Assembly: GCF_006345805.1 (NCBI RefSeq)
Contig: NC_043000.1
Location: 26,474,001 to 26,538,000 of the forward strand
Reading direction: 5' to 3'
Length of the DNA stretch: 64,000 nt
Origin: Octopus sinensis
Lineage: Eukaryota
How positions within the stretch are numbered: the stretch's first letter is position 1; each line of letters starts with the position of its first letter. The notes beneath the pieces are model-generated. The model was not told the origin of the DNA. It made no database searches and saw nothing but the letters and a program-made list of their open reading frames with translations. Both the position numbers and the translations under genes were made by a program. Below are positions 1 through 13,364 of the stretch, piece after piece.

Positions 1-54
1 GAGGTATTACTGTATATCGGAATGGTCAAAATATCGCGTCACAATCATGTGGCT

Positions 55-195
55 CGAGTTCAGATTCCGTCGACGTCGACTTTGCTTTTCATCCTCCCGG
101 GGTCATTAAACTGGGTACCAGTGGAACACTGGGGGTCGATATAATCGACTAGAACCCTCCCCACAAATTTCAGGTCTTGTGCCTTTAAAAGAGTT
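55..195 (+). mobile_element. SINE-A partial copy (core + tail B) followed by (TTA)n
   Basis: Matches the core repeated throughout the window (gagttca..gtcgactttgc..ttcatcct..ggggtcgat..aatcgact..cttgtgcct). Confidence 0.8.
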
Positions 196-203
196 ATTAT
201 TAC

Positions 204-285
<82 letters not shown>

Positions 286-489
286 GTCATGCACATTGGG
301 GCAGAGTTACCCGACAGCTGTGAGCGGAAGAGGATAGACGGAAACTAGTGCAATCTCACTGGGTAGGGGTGGGGTTGCTTTTGTACCCTATTCAGCGCCG
401 CGATCTTATTCCGCTGTGTTACCTCGGTGCCACTTGCTAAATTAAGAGAATGTTTTATACATCTTTCGAGGAGTATATCAACATCATGA

Positions 490-641
490 CTGGAGCTGTG
501 TGATAAGTTAGTTTCCCTACCACATGGTTCTGGGTTCAGTCCCACCGCATGGCACCTTGAGTAAGTGTCTTCTACTATAGCCTCGGGCAGGCTGGCTTTG
601 TGACCGTTTTTGGGGGACGGAAACTGAAAGAAGCCCGTCGC

Positions 642-693
<52 letters not shown>

Positions 694-950
694 TTGTATG
701 TGTGTGTGCGCGTGTGTATGCCTTTCTGTTTGTGTTTGTACCTTCACAACCGCTTGACTACCGGTGTTAGTGTGTTTTCGTCCCTGTAACTTAGGGTTCG
801 GTAAAAGAGACCGATCGAATAAATACTGCGCTTTAAAAGTATAAAAAGGAAAAGAAAAGTACTAGGGTCAATTGGTTTGACTAAAATATAATGCTTCGAG
901 GGGGTGCTCCAGCATGACCGCAGTCTAATAACTAAAGCAAATAAAAAGAG
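490..950 (+). mobile_element. SINE-B (tRNA-like head, internal (TA)/(TG) microsatellite, conserved 3' half)
   Basis: ccacatggttctgggttcagtccc..ggcaccttg..gaaactgaaagaagcccgtcg-[microsatellite]-..gtgctccagcatg.ccgcagtc. Homologous copies at 1492, 29095, 43460, 44575, 49375 and 62107. Confidence 0.8.
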
Positions 951-1228
951 GACAACAAAGAAGCTATATATGTGTGTGTGTGTGTGTGTGTGTATACGAA
1001 TGTATGTATAATGCCGGTAGAGTCGCCTGGTTAAAAAAACTCGTTTCTTAATCACGCGGTGCCCGACCTGATCGTGTTGCACAACAATTTTCGACAAGTG
1101 CCTCCAACAGTAAGTATGAAGGTTCTGTTTGGAATTTAGTAAACGGCAACTAAATGGAATCCTTCATGAATGCACACGCACACACGCACACACACACACA
1201 AACACACCACACACACACATACTATGTG

Positions 1229-1270
<42 letters not shown>

Positions 1271-1271
<1 letters not shown>

Positions 1272-1443
1272 GTGTTTCTTTATTAGCCACACAGGGCTGC
1301 ACACAGACGGGACAGATTACAAAGTAGAGCTTTTCTTTATGGAGAGAATAAGAAAAGGGAGTAGGTTTTCGATCAAAAGGGATCGTAAAAGGGAAAGAAA
1401 ATAAAAAGTAAAAAAAAAACGATCAATAGGGATCGTGTATCAT
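1271..1443 (-). mobile_element. Orphan 3' end of the Tx1-type LINE within (TA)n
   Basis: Reverse complement reads ..aaagaaaagctctactttgtaatctgtcccgtctgtgtgcagccctgtgtggctaataaagaaacaca, near-identical to 24765-24831, and includes both GATC stem-loops. Confidence 0.85.
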
Positions 1444-1491
1444 ATATATATATATGTACATATACATAACTCCCTCCACGTTCATTGCCTC

Positions 1492-1773
1492 AGGCTGACC
1501 TTGTGGTTGGATTTGGTAGACAGAAACTGAAAGAAGCCCTTTGTGTGTGTGTGGTGTGTTTCTCCGTGTGTGTGTTTTCTCCGACCACCATTTGACAACT
1601 GGTGTTGGTGTGTTTACGTCCCTATAACTTAGTGGTTCGGGGGTAAAAAAACAGATAGAATATGTACCAGGCTTTAAAAAAAATCCTGGGGTCAATTCTT
1701 TCGACTAAAAATTCTTCGAGACGATGCCCCAGCATGGCCACAATCTAATAACTGAAACAAGTAAAGGATAAAA
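1492..1773 (+). mobile_element. SINE-B, 5'-truncated
   Basis: ggatttggtagacagaaactgaaagaagccc..cagcatggccacaatc..actgaaacaagtaaag. Confidence 0.75.
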
Positions 1774-2342
1774 GCTAATATATATATATATGCATGTATG
1801 TATAACAATTACTTATACACCATGTATATCTTCTATAGTTATATTGTATAGTTATGTAGCTGATAATTAGTAGCGTGGCAGGTAGAGCCCAGCGGTTTGG
1901 CCGGGCTGACACTTTTGGTTCTGCTGTATAAGCTTTTTTAAAATTGAGGGCTCGAAAGGGGTTGCAGAATTGAGGGTTGCCTCGAGTAGCACACACTCTA
2001 GCTACGTCACTGCTTACGACCGAGAGAAAGGAGTAAATTAAAGGGGAGTGAAGGTTTCATAAAGAGTAATTATGAATTCGTTGTACAATTCCACTGCATC
2101 TTGTTTCAACGTGATTCCTGACAAACCGACGACGGAGTCTCTATGTGGTCTGTTGGCAAGCTAGAAACCGCAGCTAAATCTCTTTCAACCACAACCGACT
2201 GTTTTAAAACTGAAAGCCTCAGCAACAGAATGTAGCCGAAGAGATTGTAAACGGCGGTACTTCCAAGCCTGGAAAACATTGGCTTTAAATTTTCGCACAC
2301 GACCAGCAGGTTTGAATGGGGATGGGGGTGGGGCGGGGGGGG

Positions 2343-2698
2343 GGGGGTAATCGATCACAACGACGCAGTATTCAATTGGTACTTATTTTATCGACCCCGA
2401 AAAGATGAAAGGCAAAATCGACCTCGTCGGAATTAGAACTCTGAACGTAAAGACAGGCGAAATACCTATTTCATTACTGCCCACAAAGGGCTACACACAG
2501 AGGGGACAAACAAGGACAGACAAACGGATTAAGTCGATTACATCGACCCCAGTGCGTAATTGGTACTTAATTTATCGACGCCGAAAGGATGAAAAGCAAA
2601 GTCGACCTCGGCGGAATTAGAACTCAGAACGTAAGGATAGACAAAATACCGCCAAGCATTTTGCCCGGCGTGCTATCGTTTCTGCCAGCTCGCCGCCT
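2343..2698 (-). mobile_element. SINE-A dimer (head + unit with tail A + unit)
   Basis: Head ggcggcgagctggcagaaacgatagc on the minus strand; unit junction gaaatag|gtatttcg at 2466/2465. Confidence 0.85.
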
Positions 2699-3112
2699 TA
2701 AACCTAGAAAATACTAGCTTATAGGTTTTCTCTATTCGGGGCAGTCCTTGGGCTAAAAGAATAATCATACACGCACCGAGCGCAAGTGCGCACATCCATA
2801 TATATTATGTATGTATGTACATGTTGTCTGTATGCGTGTGTTTCAGTGCGTAATATTGATCGCCGTAAGATAATGTCCCGGTTCGGCAAATCAGCAATCA
2901 GCGTTCGAACATTGCTGTAGGACATTTTCATTAAGACTTTTTTTTTTTTTTATCAAAAACAGAAAAAACAAAAATATGAATGCCACGCATTCTATTTCAC
3001 ACGAAGATGTACTTTATGTGAAAGTTGCCCGTGGATAGAATATCTGTGACCAGGAAAGCTCAGCCAGTTCATTGTCTTAGCATTAAGTGGATGGGATAAA
3101 TCGCCCGCGCAC

Positions 3113-3150
<38 letters not shown>

Positions 3151-3453
3151 TATTATAATATATATATATATATACATGTACTATATCACAAATGGGACAA
3201 GACGCACACAACTCATCCGAAACGACGATACAAACACGGACGGGTCATTCGAAGCCTTTAATCTTCATGTCAAGAACCGGATCATCTTCGCAATTTCGGC
3301 TGATTAATCTTAAGATTGCTCCAATCTGGCCAGCCCCAAGCAAAAACTAGCTAAGAGCATTAGATTCCTTGGAAAAAAGCTTCGAATGTATACGAAACAA
3401 GGACGGAAAAACAGACGATGTTACATATATATATATACATACATATAATAGTA

Positions 3454-3504
<51 letters not shown>

Positions 3505-3913
3505 TAATAATAATAATAATAATAATAAATGTGTGTGTGTATTGCTATCATTGTCATGTTTCTGGCGATTAGATTTTAAATTTCTTTTTAAGTACTTTCA
3601 GAAGAAACAGTCTGTGTTCAGTTGAATTGAGATATGCACTGCGAAGCATGTCTAGGCAGCATATACACACGCACACACACACACACACACTCGAATAATA
3701 CTAACACACACATAGAGACGCACGCACGCACACTTACATAGACACGCGTGCGCGCACAAACATATAGATACGCGTGCACGCACACACACACTCACACTCA
3801 GGTAGCCTGTGTCATTTTTTTTTTACAGATCTCTGAACTCATATACATAAATCAATATGTGTGCACATATATGTGTATATACGTACATATATACATACAT
3901 AGATACATACAAT

Positions 3914-4006
<93 letters not shown>

Positions 4007-4597
4007 GGATAGATATGTTCCTCGCCATCCAACAACTGTTGACAACGCTTGCGGAAAGAAAATAGCCAAACAAAAAAACAAGACAATTCTTTGTTCGGAA
4101 AGCTTGTTGGAAAATCGTTATAAATAATTAGTAGCGCTGACACCTTGCACGTACGCACGCACACACATGCACACACATACACAAACGCATACATATATAC
4201 AGGCGTGCATTCATGTATTCACACAAAGCGAAACATGTAGATACATGCAAATACAGGGAGATTAACACAGTATTTAGAACAGGCGTGTTGAGGGCTCGAA
4301 TCGACATATCATCTATCGCTCTTCTCTCTCTCTCCCTTTCTCTTCTATTTTCTTTTCTTTCTCTTTGTCTCTTTTTCGTTTACTATCATCCTTTCTCTTT
4401 CATATCCTCTCTTCTTCTTTCCTCCTCCTCCTCTCTCTCTCACCGACTTTCTCCTTTGCTCTCTCTTTTTCTGTTTTTCAAGTTTTTTTTCCTTTGTATT
4501 CTAGATAAATGCATGCATAGATTCACGCCGCCCGTATGCACCACACAGGACACACACATAAACACACTTGCAAACGCACATATGAATACATGCATGC

Positions 4598-4631
<34 letters not shown>

Positions 4632-4636
4632 CCCAC

Positions 4637-4682
<46 letters not shown>

Positions 4683-4826
4683 ATATTTTTTTTTTTTCCG
4701 GGAAGGCTGCCGCTGTTCTCTTTTGAGAGACTTAGTTATTTTAAATATTTCTATTATATATAATATATATACATACCTATATATATATAATATATACATA
4801 TATAATATATATATATATATATAATA

Positions 4827-4870
<44 letters not shown>

Positions 4871-5167
4871 TTATAAATACATGAAGTCAGTCCATATAAT
4901 TCAATAGTTTCTGCAAAACCCACGTGGGGATTTTCGGAAGCTTTGAACGATGATGTAAACGACCGCATATAAAAATATACATACACAGACTCAAATGTGT
5001 GTGTGCGTGCGTGCGCGTTTGTGTGTATGGGCTTGCGTCTCTTTGTGTTTGTAGGTGTGTGTGTATATTATATATATATATATATATATCTATATATATA
5101 TATAAACACATACGCACACACACTGTATTTGTCCATATATACGCAGCTATCTTTCATTCACTTCTTC

Positions 5168-5262
<95 letters not shown>

Positions 5263-5400
5263 TATACATATATATATATATACATATATATAATAATATA
5301 TGTATACAATACATATATATATATATATATATATAACATCATATATATATCTACTATATAAAGATGCATATATATATATATACATGTACATACATACATG

Positions 5401-5431
<31 letters not shown>

Positions 5432-6071
5432 GCATATGCATGTGCATTCTCATATATGCACATATACACGTACATACATGCATAAGCCACCAAGTCATGC
5501 ATATTTGCATTTACGCGCTCACACTGATGCATGCATACATACATACATACATACATACATACATACATAAATTCATACATGCATACATACATACAAACAC
5601 GCTCGTGCACCGATACAACACACACACATATTCTCACACATACACACACACGCTCACCACACATGCACGCACAAAGGCCCACATGTAGCATTCACCGACA
5701 CGAACAGTGCACAGTGCACACATGCATTTGTAAAGTGCATATTTTCTGCCTTTCAAGAGCGACAGTGACGATAAAAACACAGAAATCGAAACGTAACTAA
5801 CCTCTCTCGCTCGCTCTCTCTCCCTCTCTCCCTCTTTCGCTCTCCTAGCTGCAAGTCAGTCCAAGCATTGTGGTGGAAGCGGCTATAATGTCGGGAGCGC
5901 TGGTTCTAGCAGTAGCACTATCTGCACCGTCAGCAGCAATAATAATAGTAGCCTCTACAACACCAGCAGCAGCAGCAGCAGTAGAAACACCAACAGCAGC
6001 AGCAGCAGCGGCGGGTAGCAGCAGTAAGATTTTTCGCAATCAGCAACAACAACAGCAGCATCAACCAGTAA

Positions 6072-6107
<36 letters not shown>

Positions 6108-6320
6108 CAGTAGCAGCAGCAGCAGTAGCAGCGGTGATTAGTGCTATCTGGGCTGCCCTTTACGAACTGAAGCAATGGGGGCGAGGTTGGTGCTGCTTGT
6201 AGCGTTGGTGTTGGTTGATTTGGTGTTGTTGTTGTTGTTGTTGATGGTGGTGGTGGTAGTGGTTGCAGCGTGTGTAGGCGTTAGAGCGACAATGCGTGGT
6301 GGTGTGGTTTGCACGTGAAC

Positions 6321-6351
<31 letters not shown>

Positions 6352-6434
6352 CACATATATGCATATATATGTATGCACATATTTAAGTATTTATATATGT
6401 ATATACGCACATATATATACACCTACATACACAG

Positions 6435-6471
<37 letters not shown>

Positions 6472-6753
6472 CATAAATGCATACATATATACATCTATAC
6501 ACAAACATATATATGTGTGTGTTTGTGCATATATATATATATATCTATATCTATATATCAACATATGTACACACACATATATGTATGTATACATACATGC
6601 AGACATACATACATATATTATATTTATATATATATATATATATATATAATAAACATATATATACATATATATGTGCGTATGTGTGAGTGTGTTTGAGTGT
6701 TTGTCCGCTCTTAAAATCGAATACAGAAACTGAAAGACAGTGTGTGGCCGCAT

Positions 6754-6996
6754 TATAAAAGAAATGAAAATTCTGTTTTCAAAGCGGCGCACCGGAGTTT
6801 CCAACGAAGCTTTTCCATTCTGCTTTAGTTTCTTCTTTTCTCTTCAACTTGCAACTTCTATTCCCTCTTACTCCCCCCCTCTCTCTCTCTCTCTCGCTCG
6901 CACACCTTCCTCTTTCTTTCTATATATCTTTTATTATTTAATTGTTTCGGCTGTTGTACTGCGGCTATGCTGGGACGCCACCCCTGAAAAGTAAGA
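6754..6996 (+). promoter_or_regulatory. Possible TATA promoter and non-coding first exon
   Basis: TATAAAAG at 6754-6761, CpG-rich gcggcgcaccgg about 30 nt downstream, donor-like gaaaa|gtaaga at 6990/6991. Motif evidence only. Confidence 0.25.
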
Positions 6997-7128
6997 AGTT
7001 ACCATGCTGGGAAGCGAACTCTGACCATCCGGTGGGGAAGCCCAGAATCCACACATCACACACACACACACACACAGCCCATAACGAGAATCCATTTATA
7101 ATTATCAAGTATTGAAACTTCCTATTCC

Positions 7129-7171
<43 letters not shown>

Positions 7172-7457
7172 TAATGATGATGAAAATGATAATGATAATG
7201 ATAATAATGATAATGATTGTTTCTGCTATAGACAAATGGCATGAAATTTGTCCGGTGGAGGCTGGTCGATTACTTCGACACTAGTTTTCAATTGGTAATT
7301 TTTTTTATAATCCCCCGACAGTATGAAAAGCAAAGTTGACTTCGATGAAATTTGAACTCATAACGTTAAAGACGGCAACTCCCCCCCCCCCGCCAAAAAA
7401 AAAAACGTTGCTAAACATTTTGTCCGGTGCGGTAACAATTCTTTCTGGTCGTCGCCT

Positions 7458-7490
<33 letters not shown>

Positions 7491-7907
7491 GATAACAACA
7501 ACATGTGTGTGTGTGCTATGTTAATACAACTAAGGTGACAGATTCGTGCGTTTGTGTATGTTTTCCTGTCCCACCCTTACATTCTATGCTGTTGTTTCTA
7601 TTACCGCGCACTTTACTTTCACTTTCAGTTCTCCGTTAGGTTTTTTTCCGCCTACTTTCTTACCTTTCAAAATTTCCCATCTACAGTCTTCCTGCATCGC
7701 TATTTCAAATCCCTTCCCATTTATTTTTCAATTTCACAGCATTATCTACTTTTAATTTCCACTAGTCTCTCTCTAACGACATCACTAAAATATATCTACA
7801 TCACTTTTAGATGTCTTCGCATTACCATCCCTCCTCATTCCTCATTGTTTTCTGTATATCTTTCTCTTGTTGTTTCCTTCACTCCTATCTATCTATCTAT
7901 CTATCTC

Positions 7908-7984
<77 letters not shown>

Positions 7985-8437
7985 ATACCTATCGTTTCTT
8001 TCGTAGTTATACTCCCGTGCATATTTAAGCATTTACTAAGTACCATATACGCGTGCACAAATGTAAATATATGCGTTGAAAAATACACATATATCAATAC
8101 GATCTTATACTCGCGCGTTCACAAGCTCACTTACACGTATATACTTGCACGTTTCCGTTTTCTTAACAAAAATACAACACAAAATTCTTCATAAATTTCT
8201 GCAGAATAGTCGATGCACAAATGCAAAGCGAACAACACAAGCGTATTACTATTAGTGCTTGTTTTTATGTCGAGTTATAAACTAAATTCACATTAAACTG
8301 AAGAATTACTCAATATCCTTTATAGAGTACATGTAGAAGAGTGGCAGTGATTTCGAAGCTTCGGACTGCTAGCTTTCGTCCGATGAAGACTTGCGGGCCG
8401 AAACTTGGAAGTCACTGTCAACTCTCTTGCGAAAGTC

Positions 8438-8527
<90 letters not shown>

Positions 8528-8587
8528 TTGTATAAAGTATGTACAAAGACTAAACCCAATCTTTTTTGAAGTAAGAAGCGATATATT

Positions 8588-8717
8588 TTTTCTACTCTAG
8601 GCACAAGGCTCGAAATTTTTGGGGAGGTGGCCAGTCAATTAGATCGACTCCAGTACGCAACTGGTACTTAATTTATCGTCCCCGAAAGGATGAAAGGCAA
8701 AGTCGACCTCGGCGGAA
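8588..8717 (-). mobile_element. 5'-truncated SINE-A with 16-bp target-site duplication
   Basis: taagaagcgatatatt at 8572-8587 and 8718-8733 flanks the SINE-A core + tail B. Confidence 0.9.
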
Positions 8718-9908
8718 TAAGAAGCGATATATTAATCTATCTATAATAAAACAAAGACTCAAGTGATGAAGTCGGAATATTTGAAAGAAATACAGTATCG
8801 TTTTTGGGTTCAATTTAGAAGAATAAATATAACAGAAAAGATAAAAAAAACTTTAACGAATTTGAAGATAGAACAGTCAGACTAAGAATCCTGGACGAAT
8901 GGATGTGGGGAGAGGTATCTAGATAATCCTATCTCATATCTGTAATTTTTTAAAATCCACTCCTCCCCGCTTACTCGTTTTGTGGCTGACATATTTTTAT
9001 ATATTTAATCTCGTCGACAGGCAAGTGGTGGGCAGTAAAAATATAACCAAGCGTTAAGAAAAGGCTCACCACCCACACAAAACACGCACACATGTATGCG
9101 CACACGCATACACATATGCATTCATAAACACATATAGCTACAAGAAACACGAACAGAGATACGCAGATATAGATATGAGGTGCGCTGGGACTGTGAACAT
9201 ACGAAGTAGAAGCCCAGCCCGGTCGTTGTCCTGCCTGATATAACGACCAAATCTCCGTCAAATCACGCATTTAGAGTCTTACAGAGTGAAGGACATATTA
9301 AACGCTTTTAGTGCAGCATATCCATGTCAAGACATGTTGGTCGTGGCTGGAATGTCTTTCATTATAATTCTACACGGAACTGCTTGCCGATGCTAAAATC
9401 GTCGCAAATAATCGAACGTACGTTCACACACACACACACACACACACACACCACACACACATGCACACACGCACACACACACGCGCGCGCGCACACACAC
9501 ACACACACATACACACACACACACATTCTATTATCGGTCTCAGCCAGAGTCTGTCGCCAAGCTGGCGTAACGTAAATACATTACTTATGTGTGTGTGCGT
9601 GTGTATGTATGTATGTGTGTATGTATGTATGTTTGCATGTGCGTGTGTGTGTATATATGCATGTATATGCGTGATATATATGTAAAAATATGTGTATATA
9701 TATTCGTATATAAATATGCATATATACATATATATGTATATATATGCATATCTATCATTCTATCTATCTGTCTGTATAAGGAAGGAAAGAAAAGAGATAG
9801 ATAGATATATAGATAGAAAAAGAGAGAAAGAGAGAGAGAGAGTGAGAGGGAACGAGAGAGAGAGAGAAAGAGAGGGATAAAGAATCGATCCCAAATCAGG
9901 GAGTGCAC

Positions 9909-10049
9909 CTGTTGTTGCTGTCCAATGCGTAGAACGAGTTGTTAGATCCGAAGCCCCCATGTCCTGCTGTCGTGCGGTAGCGCTGTGTGCAGCTGTAATG
10001 ATAGGGCGAGCCGCTGAGACGGATGATGTGGGAAGCGGCCCCCGGTGCA
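9909..10049 (-). other. Candidate 141-bp internal (or terminal) exon of an unidentified gene
   Basis: Non-repetitive GC-rich island; acceptor-like ctccattgtctcag| at 10050; two stop-free frames; weak donor aacag|gtgcac. No recognisable homology. Confidence 0.25.
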
Positions 10050-10418
10050 CTGAGACAATGGAGATTCAACGTACACAAAGAAACACCAGCCTTTTTATGA
10101 ACACATCATGAGTAATGGTGTTGTTGTTGTTGTTGTTTTTATTGTTGAATACTTCGTCTATACTACAAGCGTGTGTGTCTGTGTGCGTGTATACCAACAC
10201 GCAGGCACACATTTCGTACATGTGATGAAGATCATATTTGCCAAGTGTGTGTGTGTATGCATGTATGTGTGTATGTATGTGTGCATGTATATATGTATGT
10301 ATGTGCGTATGTATCTTGACACACACACACATACACACATATAACACACACGCACATAATTGCCTAGCTATATTTCTTTATATATCAAATATGCGCGCGT
10401 GTGTGCTTTCGTGCGTTA

Positions 10419-10477
<59 letters not shown>

Positions 10478-10613
10478 TAATACAGACGAGTAGTCATGAT
10501 GGGTATACTGGACTTCGTAAATTTTACTTTGAAGGCATGCACTGCTCTCTCACACAATAATAATGATGATGATGATAATAATAATAATGATAATAATAAT
10601 AATAATAATAATG

Positions 10614-10687
<74 letters not shown>

Positions 10688-10698
10688 AATTACCATTA

Positions 10699-11310
10699 AG
10701 GCAGTGAACTGGCAGAATAGTTAGCACGCTGGTCGGAATGCTTAGCGGTATTTCGCCTGTCGCTACGTTCTGAGTTCAAACTCTGCCGAGGTCGACTTTG
10801 CCATTCGTTCTCTCGGGAGTTAAATAAATTAAGTACCAGTTGAACTCTGGGGTCGATGCAATCGATTCATCCCCACCTCCCTCAAGCTAACCCTTTTGTG
10901 GAAAAAAAATTGAAATAATAATAATAATAATAATAATAAGTAAGGCGGCCCGCTGGCAGAATCGTTAGCACGCCGGAGGAAATGCTTGGCAGTATTTCGT
11001 CTATCTTTATGTTCTGAGTTCAAACTCCGCCGAGGTCGACTTTGCCTTTCGTCCTTTCAGGGGTTGATAAATTAAGTACCATTTACGTACTGGAGTCGAT
11101 CTAATCGACAGGCCTACATCCCCAAAATTTCAGGCCTTGTGCCTAGAGTAGAAAAGATTATTTATTAAGGCGGCGAGCTGGCAGAATTGGTAGCACGCGG
11201 GGTAAAAATACTTAGCGGCATTTCGTCTGTCTTGAGGTTCTGGGTTCAAATTCCGCCGCGGTAGACTTTGGTATTAATCCTTTCGCTGTCGATTATATAA
11301 ATACATGTTG
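10699..11310 (+). mobile_element. Three head-to-tail SINE-A copies
   Basis: Heads at ~10699, 10944 and 11169 with A-box-like TGGCAGAAT and B-box-like GAGTTCAAA, separated by A/T-rich or (AAT)n spacers. Confidence 0.85.
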
Positions 11311-11313
11311 ACT

Positions 11314-11569
11314 CGTGGAGGCGCAATGGTGATCCCTGCTGTACTCTTTCACCACAACTTTCTCTCTCACTCTTACTTCCTGTTTCTGTTGTACCTGTAT
11401 TTCAAGGGGCCGGCCTTGTCACTCTCTGTGTCACATCCCCGAGAATTACGTTAAGGGTACACGTGTCTGTGGAGTGCTCAGCCACTTACACGTTAATTTC
11501 ACGAGCAGGCTGTTCCGTTGATCGGATCAACCGGAACCCTCGTCGTCGTAACCGACGGAGTGCTTCCAC
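11314..11569 (+). mobile_element. SINE-C head + G tail, internally deleted, nested in SINE-A, 11-bp TSD
   Basis: acatgttgact at 11303-11313 and 11570-11580; SINE-A-like sequence resumes after the second copy. Confidence 0.85.
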
Positions 11570-11803
11570 ACATGTTGACTACCAGGGATGACTTAATCGA
11601 CTTTGCCTCCATCACTGCCCTTATGGCAAACTTTGAAAATACAACAACAACAACAACAACAATTCCGTGTTAATAACTAGGTTGGGTTCCTTTTTTTTTT
11701 AATTTTGCATGTTTAATAGTCTCTTATAAGTACATACATACACACACATCCATTTACAAATATAAAACAGCGCACGCTTTTCTTTGAACATATAACACAC
11801 TTA

Positions 11804-11835
<32 letters not shown>

Positions 11836-13099
11836 GATGCGCATGCACATAGACGTAGAAACATACACTTACACACACACACGCGCACGCATATACATAA
11901 ATGGACATAAGAACGTGTGGGCATTTATACATTGGCAAGCACGCATACACAGATGCACTCACATACATTCACAGACACATACACACATGCACGCACATAG
12001 ACACACAAACACGCACACAAACACTCAGAGACACACACACACATGCATACACACACACACAGACACGCAGAATCACCCATACACACAGACACACACACAA
12101 ACACACATGCACACACATACACAGATGTACTCACATACATTCTCAGACACACGCACACAAAAACATTCACAGACACACACACAGACACACACACAGACAC
12201 ACACACACAAACAAACACTCAGACACACACACACACACACACACAGAATCCCCCACATACAGACACACAGACACACACACAGACAGTACACACACATAGA
12301 CAAACACTCAGGCACACACATGCTTACACACACACACACAGAGAATCCCCCACATATAGACACACACACAGACAGACAGACAGACACACACACACACAGA
12401 CACATGCATACACACGCACAGACACACAGACCCCACCACGTAATAAACTTCCTGAATTCGTGGAAATTCCTAATCGTGTGCATCGTCAACAGTTATTTCT
12501 ATATCTGTGTGTGTGTGTGTGGTGTGTGTGTGTGTGGTGTGTGTGTGTGTGTGCATACACGCCTGTACATGTGTGCGAGTAAGTGTGTGCGCGGCTATGT
12601 ATGCCTGCCAGACGTGTGTACGTGTGTGTCTGTGTGCGCGCGACCGCGTCCATTAGAACGCATGTGTCACCATCTGTACGTGTGTGTGTGTGTGTGCCTG
12701 TGTGCCTGTGTGTGTGTGTGTCTATTGGGAAGGGAAAAATTGAATTCATGCTTCAATACGTAAAACACTCTTCCTGCTCAAATTTGTACGAGATAAACAA
12801 ACAAGCAGCATTATACTGCAGTATTTTTCACAAACGCAGTTTACTGCGTGCACACGTCACGGTCGACATATTCATGAGTATAAGATCTCTCTCGTTCCCC
12901 TCCACCACCACCACCACCACCTCACACACACACAGAGGAAGACATATTAATGTGTTGCATATATTAGAACACACATACACACACACACACACACATACAT
13001 GTACAGAGTGCGAAGAACAAAGAGGAATTTTATAAAAAACCAGTTAATGTGTGTGTGTGTGTGCGTTGCACAAATGCCGAGCGACCAACTCAAGGGCAA

Positions 13100-13130
13100 C
13101 ACGTGGCTGCTGACGTCACGTTTGGGCGGG
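13100..13130. promoter_or_regulatory. E-box + full CRE + GC-box cluster
   Basis: CACGTG 13100-13105, TGACGTCA 13111-13118 and GGGCGG 13124-13129 in unique sequence. Confidence 0.4.
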
Positions 13131-13265
13131 TAGTTTGCTTGTGCGTTAGAAATATTTCTTAAGCGTCGGAACGTTGGTTATAGAGAATAATACAGAGAGA
13201 AGATATACAAAGTGCATGTGTATGAGCGTTTTAACAGCTGCGGGTGTGTATAATACACATACACA

Positions 13266-13341
<76 letters not shown>

Positions 13342-13364
13342 TGTTCCTTCTCGAGCCATGCCTG

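Noticed and set aside
2318-2347. G-quadruplex-like run; also (CG)n Z-DNA tracts at ~48607 and ~58547
   Set aside because: The G-run is an expanded C-tract at a SINE tail and the CG tracts are parts of CA/TG microsatellites; no sign of function.
2847-2864. 18-nt microexon candidate (tttcag|...|gtaaga)
   Set aside because: Short splice motifs arise by chance in 64 kb; no supporting context.
3175-3425. Complex segment between TA tracts, possibly a Penelope-like repeat
   Set aside because: Only one copy in the window and no intact diagnostic motif, so it cannot be supported here.
5845-6422. Ala/Ser/Gln/His-rich ORFs on both strands resembling a low-complexity exon
   Set aside because: Built from AGC/AGT/AAC repeats; each frame is broken or switches repeat type, and there are no convincing paired splice sites.
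11837-12763. 308-aa His/Thr-rich ORF and similar YI, LSIY, CV and III ORFs throughout
   Set aside because: Translations of CA, TA, TCTA and TAA microsatellites.
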